Position numbers and translations under genes: made by a program. Positions 8,996 to 17,848 of a DNA stretch of 47,450 nt are shown here, in pieces; position 1 is the stretch's first letter; the number at the start of each line of letters is the position of its first letter. Under the pieces are notes generated by a model. The model was not told the DNA's origin and did not search any database. It saw nothing but the letters and a program-made list of their open reading frames with translations. The DNA comes from Candidatus Limnocylindrales bacterium. GTDB taxonomy: Bacteria > Chloroflexota > Limnocylindria > Limnocylindrales > CSP1-4. Location of the stretch: contig JBQGDI010000009.1 in the NCBI GenBank assembly GCA_052038965.1, positions 1 through 47,450 of the forward strand, read 5' to 3'.

Positions 8996-10027
8996 ATGGC
9001 TGCCCCTTCCCGGCGCACGCTGCGCCTGCGCCGCGCCGCGCCACCCCTCGCAAGGCTTCTCGCGCTCCTTGCCCTCGCGGCATGCACCGCTCCCGCCGCC
9101 ACCGTGGGGCCGACGGTGTCGTTCACCGAGGCGGCCCCAACCCCGTCCGCCGGCACGCCGCCCCCGAGCCCGGCGGCGTTCCCGCTGACGCTGATCGACG
9201 ATGAAGGGACGTCCGTCGAGATCCCAGCGCTCCCGCAGCGGATCGTCTCGCTGACCCCGGCGACGACCGAGATCCTGTACGCGATCGGCGCCGGACCGCG
9301 CGTCGTCGGCAAGGTCGAGGACGTCGCGAGCTTCCCGCCCGAGGCCGCCAACGTCCCGGTGCTGGCGACGTTCTCGGGCGTCGACGTGGAACGGATCGTC
9401 GCTGCCGAGGCCGACCTCGTCGTCGCCGGCGGGTCGGGCCTCAGCCAGGGTCCGGCGATCGAGCAACTCCGGCGCGCCGGCATCCCCGTCCTCGTCGTCT
9501 ACCCGACCTCGGTCGATGATGCCCTGGCTGGGATTCGAACGGTCGGTCGAGCGACGGGCGAGACGGACGCCGCGGAGACCCTCGCGGCCTCGATGGAGAC
9601 CCAGATCGCGGCGATCGAGGACGTGACCGCGGGGATCGACCGGCCCCGGGTCTACTACGAGATCGACTACGGGCAGTCGATCTTCACCCCGCCAGCCGCC
9701 TCGATCTATGGCCAGATGATCCGCCTCGCGGGCGGCGATCCCATCTCGGGCGATCCCAGCTACGCCATCGCGCTGGAGGCCCTCGTCGCGGCCGACCCGC
9801 AGGTCATCCTGCTCGGCGACGCCGTCTACGGGGTCACGTCGAAGGCCGTGACTGCCCGGCCGGGATGGGGCGCCATGTCCGCGGTCATCAGCGGTCGCAT
9901 CCACCCGATCGACGACATCCTCGTCACCCGCCCCGGCCCGCGCCTCGTCCAGGGCCTGGCTGCGCTCCTCGCAGCCATCCATCCCGACCTGGCGAGCGAC
10001 TCGCCACTCCCCACTCTCAGCCCGTGA
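8996..10027 (+). CDS. btuF: Cobalamin ABC transporter substrate-binding lipoprotein
   Basis: Lipobox LAAC; PQRIVSLTPATTEILYAIGAG, DVERIV and RPGPR motifs of helical-backbone binding proteins; located behind a B12 riboswitch. Confidence 0.85.
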   Translation: MAAPSRRTLRLRRAAPPLARLLALLALAACTAPAATVGPTVSFTEAAPTPSAGTPPPSPAAFPLTLIDDEGTSVEIPALPQRIVSLTPATTEILYAIGAGPRVVGKVEDVASFPPEAANVPVLATFSGVDVERIVAAEADLVVAGGSGLSQGPAIEQLRRAGIPVLVVYPTSVDDALAGIRTVGRATGETDAAETLAASMETQIAAIEDVTAGIDRPRVYYEIDYGQSIFTPPAASIYGQMIRLAGGDPISGDPSYAIALEALVAADPQVILLGDAVYGVTSKAVTARPGWGAMSAVISGRIHPIDDILVTRPGPRLVQGLAALLAAIHPDLASDSPLPTLSP

Positions 10028-11124
10028 CCGTCCGCGCGGCGACCCACGGTCCTATGGCACCGGGCCCCGCGCCGTGGGTCCCGTCGCGCCTCCGGGTCGC
10101 CCTGCGGCGGCGACCGGTCGTGCTGACCGCCGCCGGGCTCGTCGGCCTGGCCGCGGTGCTCGTCGCCGGGGTGGCCGTCGGCACCGTGGCGGTCCCGCCC
10201 GAGCAGACGCTCGCGATCCTCGCCCACCGCCTCCTCGGGCTGGACCTCACGCCGACGTGGACGGCTGCCCAGGAGACGATCGTCGTCGACCTCCGGCTGC
10301 CGCGGGTCCTCACGGCGATGACCGTCGGGGTCGGACTGGCCATCTCGGGTGCGGCGTTCCAGGGGATCCTGCGGAACCCCCTCGCGGATCCATACGTGCT
10401 CGGGACGGCCTCGGGCGCCGCGCTCGGCGCGGCGATCGCGGTGATCGTCCCGGTTCGCGCCCTCGTCCTCGAGTTCGGCCTGCTCCACGGGCTGGCCTTC
10501 CTCGGCGCGCTGGGTGCGGTCCTGCTCGTCTACCGCCTCTCCCGCGTGGGTGGCCACGGGCAGATGACGAGCCTCCTGCTGACGGGCTACGCCGTCAGCT
10601 CGCTCCTGGCCGCGGGTCTCGCCATGGCGATGTACCTGTCCGGGACCGGGCTGCGGCAGATCTTCACCTACCTGCTCGGCGGGTTCGAGGCAGCCTCGTG
10701 GGTGCGGTTCGCCACCGCCATGCCGCTCGTCCTCGGCGCGTCGCTCCTGATCGCCCTCCGCGCCCGGGCGCTCAATGGGCTGCTGCTCGGCGAGGAGGCC
10801 GCCGCGCACCTCGGGGTCGACGTCCGACGCGAGCGAGCGATCCTCCTGGGCCTCGCCTCCCTCGCGACCGCCGCCGCGGTCGCCGTCTCCGGCCTGATCG
10901 GCTTCGTCGGCCTCGTCGCGCCGCACGTCGTCCGGCTGGTGGTCGGCCCGAATGCCCGCCTCGTGCTGCCCCTCGCGGCGGTCTTCGGCGCGATCCTCAT
11001 GGCCGGCGCCGACCTGGCGGCACGCCTCCTCGGCGAGATACCGGTCGGGGTCGTGACCGCGGTCGTGGGCGCGCCCTTCTTCCTCGTCCTGCTCCGTCGC
11101 GCCCGAACCGGGTACGAGCTGTGA
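10024..11124 (+). CDS. btuC: FecCD/BtuC family ABC permease
   Basis: LRLPRVL, FQGILRNPLADPYVLG, GEEAAAHLGVD, GLIGFVGLVAPH, EIPVGVVTA..GAPFF. GTGA overlap. Confidence 0.88.
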   Translation: MTVRAATHGPMAPGPAPWVPSRLRVALRRRPVVLTAAGLVGLAAVLVAGVAVGTVAVPPEQTLAILAHRLLGLDLTPTWTAAQETIVVDLRLPRVLTAMTVGVGLAISGAAFQGILRNPLADPYVLGTASGAALGAAIAVIVPVRALVLEFGLLHGLAFLGALGAVLLVYRLSRVGGHGQMTSLLLTGYAVSSLLAAGLAMAMYLSGTGLRQIFTYLLGGFEAASWVRFATAMPLVLGASLLIALRARALNGLLLGEEAAAHLGVDVRRERAILLGLASLATAAAVAVSGLIGFVGLVAPHVVRLVVGPNARLVLPLAAVFGAILMAGADLAARLLGEIPVGVVTAVVGAPFFLVLLRRARTGYEL

Positions 11125-11894
11125 CTGCCGTTCGAACCGAGCACCTGACCGTGGCGTACCGTGGTCGGCCGGTCGTCCGTGACGTCGATCTCGCGATCGA
11201 CCCCGGCGAGCGGGTCGCCCTCGTCGGCCCGAACGGCGCCGGAAAGTCGACGCTCCTGCGCGCGATCGCCGGCCTTGTCGGGCCGGTCGCCGGGTCGATC
11301 AGCCTCGGGGATGAGAATCTCCGCTCCCTCGACCGCCGCTCGATCGCCCGGCGGCTCGCCGTCGTGCCCCAGCTCTCGGCGCTGCCATTCGCCGCGACCG
11401 TCGAGGAGGTCGTGGCCCTCGGCCGATTGCCGCACGAGCACCCGATCCGCGGCCTCCGGCCCCCGGACCGGGCCGCCGTGGCCGCCGCGATCGAGCGCGT
11501 CGGGGTCGGGCATCTCCTGGGCCGCGATGCCCGCGAGCTCAGCCTCGGCGAGCGCCAGCTGGTGCTCCTCGCGATGGCGGTCGCGCAGTCGGCCCCGGTG
11601 CTCGTCCTCGACGAGCCGACCGTCCACCTCGACCTCCGCCACCAGGTCGAGGTCATGGAGCTACTCGTCGACCTCAACGAGCGTGATGGGGTCACGGTCC
11701 TCGCGGTGCTGCACGACCTCCGGCTGGCGGCGCACTTCTTCCCGCGGATCGTGGTCCTGGACGCCGGCCGGCTCGTCGCCGACGGTCCGCCGCCGGTCGC
11801 GCTGGCGTCGGATCGCATCCGCGAGACCTTCCGCGTCGATCCGCGGCACGTCGGCGAGCTGGCGGAGCCGATCCGTGCCAGCATCGGGCCATGA
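11121..11894 (+). CDS. btuD: ABC transporter ATP-binding protein
   Basis: Walker A GPNGAGKST, signature LSLGERQ, Walker B VLVLDEPT, LHD motif. GTGA overlap. Confidence 0.88.
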   Translation: MTAVRTEHLTVAYRGRPVVRDVDLAIDPGERVALVGPNGAGKSTLLRAIAGLVGPVAGSISLGDENLRSLDRRSIARRLAVVPQLSALPFAATVEEVVALGRLPHEHPIRGLRPPDRAAVAAAIERVGVGHLLGRDARELSLGERQLVLLAMAVAQSAPVLVLDEPTVHLDLRHQVEVMELLVDLNERDGVTVLAVLHDLRLAAHFFPRIVVLDAGRLVADGPPPVALASDRIRETFRVDPRHVGELAEPIRASIGP

Positions 11895-12304
11895 TCACGA
11901 ACCGATCCGTGCCCGACGTGGGCGTCATCCCCGTCCTCGCCTACCCGGACGCCAAGGCGGCAGCCGACTGGATCTGCCGCGTCCTCGGCTTCAGCGAGCG
12001 CCTGCGCATCGCCAACCACCGGATCCAGCTGCTCGGCCCGACCGGCGGGGCGGTGATCGTGACCTCGCGCGACGGGAGTCCGGGGCCAGGCGACTCGATC
12101 CACGTCCGCCTCGCCAACGCCACGGCCGTTTTCGAGCGGGCCGTCGCCGAGGGTGCGACGGCCGTGGGAGAGCCCACGGACCAACCGTACGGCGAGCGCC
12201 AGGGCTCGGTCGTGGACCCGTGGGGCCGCCGCTGGACGCTGTCGCAGTCGATCGCCGACGCCGATCCGGCCGATTGGGGTGGCGAGCTGGTCTCGCCCGA
12301 CTGA
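11891..12304 (+). CDS. VOC/glyoxalase superfamily protein
   Basis: VIPVLAYPDAKAA.DW..VLGF and PTDQPYGERQGSVVDPWG.RW. ATGA overlap with btuD. Confidence 0.8.
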   Translation: MITNRSVPDVGVIPVLAYPDAKAAADWICRVLGFSERLRIANHRIQLLGPTGGAVIVTSRDGSPGPGDSIHVRLANATAVFERAVAEGATAVGEPTDQPYGERQGSVVDPWGRRWTLSQSIADADPADWGGELVSPD

Positions 12305-12322
12305 ATCGCCCGAGCCGCTCGA

Positions 12323-14200
12323 CTACCCGAGCGCGGCCTCGGTGAGCCGGGCGACGATCGCGACGTGGCGCGCGAGGTCGACCTCGGCGCGCGGCATCGT
12401 CGCCGTCGGCCCGAACCCGACCACGCGGTTCGTCGTCGCGAGGATCCGGAGCGCGGCGACCGCGGTCTCGACCGACAGCCCGTCGGGCTCCGGCATCGCG
12501 ACCGAGACGCCCTCCGAGGCATCGACGGCGTCGAGGTCGAACGCGACGTACAGGCCGTCGCAGCGTGCGCCGACCGTCCGCGCCCAGCCCTCGAGGGCCG
12601 CGAGCCCGGCGTCGCCGGCGAGCATCCCGGCGCCGAACTGCGCGACGGGTGACGCGGCGAGCATCCTCGATTCCTGCTCGTCGAGCACCTGGCCCCCCAG
12701 CAGCGCCGCATCCACCTCGAGGACCGTCGGTCCCTCGCAGGCGCCGACGAGCCCCGCGTCGCCGCGGCCGCAGAGCATCGCGAACGGCATGCCCCAGACG
12801 TTGCCCGAGGGCGTCGTCTCGGGGATGTTGAAGTCGCCGTGGGCGTCGAACCAGGCGATCGCGAATCTCGCCTCCGGGCTGACCCGCTTGAGGCCGGCCA
12901 TCGCCCCCGAGTGGCTCGTGCAGTCGCCGCCGAGGACGAGCAGCCGCGGCAGCTCGCCGTTCGCGCGCTCGGCTCGCAGCGCCGCTTCGACGTGGCTCGC
13001 CAGGGCCGGAAGGTAGTCGATGATCCGCTGCCGGTTCTTCATCCGCGGGTCGGTGTCGGGCGCCCAGCCGCGCTCGATCGGCGCGTCGCCATGGTCGGTG
13101 ATCAGCTGGCCGGCGAACGCCTGGCCGACGTTCAGCCGCTCCAACAGCCCGGCTGCACGGAGCGCCGCGGGGCCATGCTCCATGCCGCCAAAGTGGCCAC
13201 CGAGCGCCGTCGGCGAGCCGACGACGACGATCGCGGCGGGGACGATCTGGGCCGCGGGGGCCGACTGCGCCGAGGCCACCGGGGCCGGGACCGCCGGCGG
13301 CAGGGCCGGCTCGGCCGCGCTCACCGGAGCCGGATCGGCGACCGGCGTTGGCGCGGCGGCGTCGGGCGCCGCCGGCGGTCGCCGCGCGACCACTGGCGGC
13401 ACGGGCTGCGGCGGCGTGACCAGTGGCGGCATGGGCGTTGCCGCGGCCGCCGACTTCGGGGCGGGCGCTGACTTCGGGCCAGGCGCCGGCTTCGGGGCAG
13501 GCACAGGCGGGGCCGTCGGCTCCCACGCCTTGGCGTCCGCTGGCTCGGGCCGCGCCCCGCGCCCCGGTTCCTCGACGGCCTCGGTCGCTTCGCCGCCGCC
13601 GCGCACGATCCTCGCCAGCCACGCCGGCGGCGACTCGGGGCCGAACTCCGGCCGCACCTCGAATTGATCGGCCTCGATCGACTCGACCGTCCAGCCGTCC
13701 GCGAACGCCTCGCGGATCTCGGCCTGCGTCACGCGTCGCGGACCGGAGGCCCCGGGCACCTGCTCCGAGAAGCAGAGGAGGTGGACCCGCCCGCCCGGGA
13801 CGATGACCGAAGCGAGCGACCGCACGTACCGCGCGCGGTCGTCGTCCTCGAGCGTGTGGAACATCCCGGAGTCGATCACCGACCCGAACCGGCGGTTCAG
13901 GCGGTCGAGGTGGAGCGCGTCCCCGACGACCAGCTGCGGATCGATGCCCCGGATCCGGGCCTTGGCCCGCGCCCGCTCGATGGCGGTCGACGAGATGTCG
14001 ATGCCGATGACGTCGAAGCCACGCTCCGCGAGCATCAGCGTGTGCTCACCGGTGCCGCACCCGCAATCCAGGACCGGCTCCACGAGGTCGCCGCTGTCGG
14101 CCAGACGCCGGAACGCCGGCTGTGGCCGGCCGATGTCCCACGGCGCCCGTCCCTGGACGTACGCCTCATCCCATCGCGCGCCGACGTCGCCCCCCGCCAT
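12323..14200 (-). CDS. Fusion: class I SAM methyltransferase + Pro/Ala linker + arginase/ureohydrolase domain
   Basis: N-term PWDIGRPQP, VLDCGCGTG, GIDIS, DSGMFH. C-term GGDCT, WFDAHGDFN, SGNVWGMP, AFDLDAVD. ATG14200 lies 7 nt after TACGAT. Confidence 0.8.
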   Translation of the reverse strand: MAGGDVGARWDEAYVQGRAPWDIGRPQPAFRRLADSGDLVEPVLDCGCGTGEHTLMLAERGFDVIGIDISSTAIERARAKARIRGIDPQLVVGDALHLDRLNRRFGSVIDSGMFHTLEDDDRARYVRSLASVIVPGGRVHLLCFSEQVPGASGPRRVTQAEIREAFADGWTVESIEADQFEVRPEFGPESPPAWLARIVRGGGEATEAVEEPGRGARPEPADAKAWEPTAPPVPAPKPAPGPKSAPAPKSAAAATPMPPLVTPPQPVPPVVARRPPAAPDAAAPTPVADPAPVSAAEPALPPAVPAPVASAQSAPAAQIVPAAIVVVGSPTALGGHFGGMEHGPAALRAAGLLERLNVGQAFAGQLITDHGDAPIERGWAPDTDPRMKNRQRIIDYLPALASHVEAALRAERANGELPRLLVLGGDCTSHSGAMAGLKRVSPEARFAIAWFDAHGDFNIPETTPSGNVWGMPFAMLCGRGDAGLVGACEGPTVLEVDAALLGGQVLDEQESRMLAASPVAQFGAGMLAGDAGLAALEGWARTVGARCDGLYVAFDLDAVDASEGVSVAMPEPDGLSVETAVAALRILATTNRVVGFGPTATMPRAEVDLARHVAIVARLTEAALG

Positions 14201-14256
14201 GTGCGGCATCGTACGGCGGCGCCATCCCGAAGTCACCCATGTCGCATCATGCGGCG

Positions 14257-15384
14257 GTGCGCATCGCCGACTTCGCCCTCGAGCGGTACTTCGCCCGCTG
14301 GGAGTTCGCCGTCGAGCACGTCCTGTGCGCCAGCGACGTCGAGGGCTGGTCGATGGCCGAGCTGCTCGAGCTGGCCGACGACGAGACGCGGGCGATGTGG
14401 CAGGGCCTCCGGCTCGGCTACACCGAGTCGACGGGGCATCCGCTCCTGCGGCGGGAGATCGCCTCGCTGTACGACACGGCCGTGGCGGACGACGTCCTCG
14501 TCTTCGCCGGCGCCGAGGAGGCGATCTTCTGCCTGTTCATGACCCAGGTGCGGGAGGGCGACCACGTCCTCGTGACCTGGCCCGGTTACCAGTCGCTGTA
14601 CGAGGTGGCGCGAGCGGCTGGTGCGCGGGTCTCGCTGCATGCCCTTCGCGAGGACGGAGGCTGGTCTCTCGATGTCGACCGGCTCATCGCATCCTTCCGG
14701 CCCGAGACGCGAATGGTCGTCGTCAACGCCCCGCACCAGCCGACCGGGATGCTGCCGGCGGTGGAGGAGTGGCGGCATCTCGCCGCCGCCTGCGCCGCTG
14801 CCGGGATCCGGCTCGTGGCCGACGAGGTCTATCGGTTCCTCGAGCACGACGGCGCCGAGTCGCTGCCCGCCGGGGCCGACCTCGACGAGCGGTTCGTGTC
14901 GATCGGCGTGATGTCGAAGTCGTTCGCGATGGCGGGGCTGCGGATCGGCTGGCTGGCGTCGCGCGACCGCGCGGTCCTCGACGCCTGCGCCCGACTCAAG
15001 GACTACACGACGATCTGCGCGGCGGCGCCGTCGGAGGTCCTCGCGCTCATCGGGCTGCGAGGGCGAGATCGGGTGTTGGAGCGTTCGCGCGGGATCGTCG
15101 GCGCGAACCTGGTCGTCCTCGACGAGTTCTTCGCGCGCCGGTCGGACGCGTTCACCTGGGTCCGCACCCGCGGCGGCTCGACGGCCTTCCCCCGGCTCGT
15201 CCCGTCCGGACCGGCGGGGGCGTCGGCGGATCGCTTCAGCGCGCGCCTCGTGGAGGCCACCGGCGTGCTCCTGCTTCCCTCGTCGACGTTCGGCTTCGGC
15301 GATTCACACGTCCGGCTCGGCCTCGGACGCACGGACCTGCCGGTCGCCCTCGGGAGGCTCGAGGGCTTCCTCGACGGCCGATGA
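14257..15384 (+). CDS. Class I/II PLP-dependent aminotransferase
   Basis: LGYTESTGHPLLR, NAPHQPTG, VADEVY, GVMSKSFAMAGLRIGW. Start GTG14257 (alternative ATG14239). Confidence 0.85.
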   Translation: MRIADFALERYFARWEFAVEHVLCASDVEGWSMAELLELADDETRAMWQGLRLGYTESTGHPLLRREIASLYDTAVADDVLVFAGAEEAIFCLFMTQVREGDHVLVTWPGYQSLYEVARAAGARVSLHALREDGGWSLDVDRLIASFRPETRMVVVNAPHQPTGMLPAVEEWRHLAAACAAAGIRLVADEVYRFLEHDGAESLPAGADLDERFVSIGVMSKSFAMAGLRIGWLASRDRAVLDACARLKDYTTICAAAPSEVLALIGLRGRDRVLERSRGIVGANLVVLDEFFARRSDAFTWVRTRGGSTAFPRLVPSGPAGASADRFSARLVEATGVLLLPSSTFGFGDSHVRLGLGRTDLPVALGRLEGFLDGR

Positions 15385-15410
15385 TGGCGCGCCCAGCGCC
15401 GAGGAGTGCC

Positions 15411-15788
15411 ATGAATCGCGACGCCAGGCTCGCCGTCCTCCGCGAGATTGCCCGGGGCTTCGATACCCACGACCTCGATGCGATCATGGGCCACTTCGCC
15501 GCCGACGCGGTCTTCGAGTCGCCGCGTGGTCCCGCGCCGTGGGGAACGCGCTTCGAGGGCATCGCCGCCGTGCGCGAGGCGTTCGCGGCCCGGTTCGCCG
15601 GCATTCCCGACGTCCGTTACCAGGACGACGAGCACTTCGTCGATGGCGATCGCGGCGCCTCCGAATGGACGCTCTCGGGGACGACCTCGGGGGGGCTGCG
15701 GATCGAGGTCCGCGGTTGCGACCTGTGGACGTTCCGCGATGGCCAGGTCACGAAGAAGGACAGCTTCTGGAAGATCCGCACCGAATGA
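15411..15788 (+). CDS. NTF2/SnoaL-like protein
   Basis: HDLDAIMGHFAADAVF, FAGIPDVRY, GASEWT, RGCDLWTFRDG..KKDSFWK. SD GAGGAG before ATG15411 (alternative ATG15381). Confidence 0.82.
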   Translation: MNRDARLAVLREIARGFDTHDLDAIMGHFAADAVFESPRGPAPWGTRFEGIAAVREAFAARFAGIPDVRYQDDEHFVDGDRGASEWTLSGTTSGGLRIEVRGCDLWTFRDGQVTKKDSFWKIRTE

Positions 15789-15834
15789 CGTACGCGCCAG
15801 CGACCTGCCAGGAGCAGGTGACAGCGGTCGTATC

Positions 15835-17610
15835 TCAGGCCTGGGCGGGCATCGGGCGGAAGCGGAAGTAGCCCCAGGTCACGATCGAGAGCGCGCCGAA
15901 AGCGGCGAACACGCCGAGCGCGGCGACCCACGCCTCGGGCGCCAGCTCCGACACGTAGCCGGACGTCGGCCCGATGAGGATGTGGACGAACGCGAACAGG
16001 CTCGCCCCGAAGAGGGCCGCCCAGGCGAGCCGGTTCCAGCGGTAGATCGCGAAGCCCGGCATGAACCGGAGCGGCATCAGGCCGAAGGCCGTCGCCTCGA
16101 GCCCGGCCACGAGGATCGCCGCGAAGGCCGTCTCCGCCAACGTCACTGCGAAGGCCGCCTCGTCGGGGCCCTGGCCGCGCAGCCACTCCAGCGCAAGCCA
16201 CGCCAGGACGGCGGCGGCGAGGGTCCAAAGCGAGCCGTACAACGTGTGCCGGCCCTCGTCCGCATCGGACACGTCCGTCGTGAATATCGCGCCCAGGACG
16301 ATCCCGTAGAGGTAGCCCGGCTGGAGCTCGCCGACGCGCGAGATCACCACGAACACGACGGCGATGACGAGCGCCCAGGGCAGCGGTCGCAGCCGCCCGA
16401 GCTCCCCCGTGGCGCGCCGGTGGGCCAGCATCAGCGGCAGCTTGAAGCTGGCGAGGACGACGACGAGGCCGACGAGGAAGCCGAGGAAGGTCGCCACGGA
16501 GGCGAGATTCGCCCCGAACCCCGGGTCGATGAAGGCACTCACGAGGGCGGTCAAGGCCACGAACCCCAGGACCGACAGCCGCGTGTGCCGGGCGAGCCAG
16601 GCATTGGCCTGGCCGAGCCACCCGAGCCGCCGGCTCCGGAACCAGCCGGCGATCTCGTCGTAGTTGTTCTCGATGGTGTTGTTGAACAGCTCGGCGGCGA
16701 AGCCGATGAGCAGCAGCATCAGGAGGGCCGTGAGCGCGCTGCCGATCAGGGCCTCGCCATCGGACCGGATGTCGACCGCCGACGCGACACTCTGGAAGAA
16801 CGGCGACGACGTGGCGAGCGGTCCGCCCCCGGCACCGCCTGCGCCACCGTTTCCGTCGGGGGGCTCGGTCGGAACTGGGGCGTCGCCTTCCGCTGGTGCG
16901 GGCGCGGTCGCCTGGTTCGTGGGCGCGGGCGCGGGCGTCGCGGTGGCGCTCCCGCCGGGGGCCTCCGAGGGCGCGAGGCTCGGCGATGGCGTGGCGACCG
17001 GCGTCGCCGTCGGGGCCGCGCTGGCCTGGGTCGGCGGCAGGGTCGGCGCCGGCGTTGGCCCCGGCGTCGCGGTCGCCTTCGGCGTCGGTTGCGGGGTCGG
17101 CTGCGCGGTCGGACTCGATGTCGCTGGCGGCGTCGGTGGCAGCACGACCGACGACACCGTGTAGATCGGCGCGGCGAGCGTGCCGCCGTTGTAGCCCCCG
17201 TTGAAGCGGCAGGCGCCGATCACCTCGGGCCCGAGCTGGCCGCCTGTCGTCAACGCTCCGACCCGCGAGACGAAGTTGTTCACGCCGTTCGCGGCGCCGC
17301 AGGCCGCCGCGTGCATCGCGGCCAGCCATTCGATCGAACCGACGTCGAGGGGTGCCTGGCCGACACGTGCCGCCGTGACGAGCTCGGTCTCCGGCCCTGT
17401 CTCAGGAGTGATTCGGGCGTCCCATCGTGGCCCGATCCGCGGCTCCCTGGCGCAGGTGACCTCGCCCGTCCCGACCGTGCAGGTCATGCCGTAGGTTCCT
17501 GTCGCGAGCGCGACGAGATCCTCCGTCGTCGCGGCGAGGGCGGAGACGGGCACCGTGAGACCGGCCAGCGCGACGATCGCGAGGACGAGAAGGCGGCGGG
17601 CGGGACGCAT
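15835..17610 (-). CDS. Membrane protein: signal peptide, small Cys-containing domain, Pro/Thr/Ala stalk, multi-TM C-terminal domain (FGLLP-motif type)
   Basis: MRPARRLLVLAIVALAG signal; TPxP-rich stalk; AELFNNT, QPGYLYG and FGLMPLRFMPG motifs among about 9-10 TM segments. Confidence 0.7.
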   Translation of the reverse strand: MRPARRLLVLAIVALAGLTVPVSALAATTEDLVALATGTYGMTCTVGTGEVTCAREPRIGPRWDARITPETGPETELVTAARVGQAPLDVGSIEWLAAMHAAACGAANGVNNFVSRVGALTTGGQLGPEVIGACRFNGGYNGGTLAAPIYTVSSVVLPPTPPATSSPTAQPTPQPTPKATATPGPTPAPTLPPTQASAAPTATPVATPSPSLAPSEAPGGSATATPAPAPTNQATAPAPAEGDAPVPTEPPDGNGGAGGAGGGPLATSSPFFQSVASAVDIRSDGEALIGSALTALLMLLLIGFAAELFNNTIENNYDEIAGWFRSRRLGWLGQANAWLARHTRLSVLGFVALTALVSAFIDPGFGANLASVATFLGFLVGLVVVLASFKLPLMLAHRRATGELGRLRPLPWALVIAVVFVVISRVGELQPGYLYGIVLGAIFTTDVSDADEGRHTLYGSLWTLAAAVLAWLALEWLRGQGPDEAAFAVTLAETAFAAILVAGLEATAFGLMPLRFMPGFAIYRWNRLAWAALFGASLFAFVHILIGPTSGYVSELAPEAWVAALGVFAAFGALSIVTWGYFRFRPMPAQA

Positions 17611-17654
17611 CGCCGCGCCAGTGTCGGGAAGTCGCCGCCGTTTCGCTGCGGACA

Positions 17655-17686
17655 ATTGACGATCGGTTGGGTCGACGGTCGTCAAT
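17655..17686. promoter_or_regulatory. Inverted repeat, candidate operator
   Basis: ATTGACGATCG-N10-CGGTCGTCAAT (10/11 match), 45-76 nt upstream of ATG17610. Confidence 0.45.
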
Positions 17687-17848
17687 CCGCTGCGTGCCCG
17701 TCGACGGCTTTGCGCGGCCAGGACCGGCTACGGCGCAGGGGCCGCCCGTCAGGACGGATCGCCGGCCAGGCTCGGACGTCGAGATCCGGAACGCCGCGCA
17801 CGAGCTTCTCCGCTGAAGCGGTTGGGGAGAAGGGTTTCGGCGGGTGGG

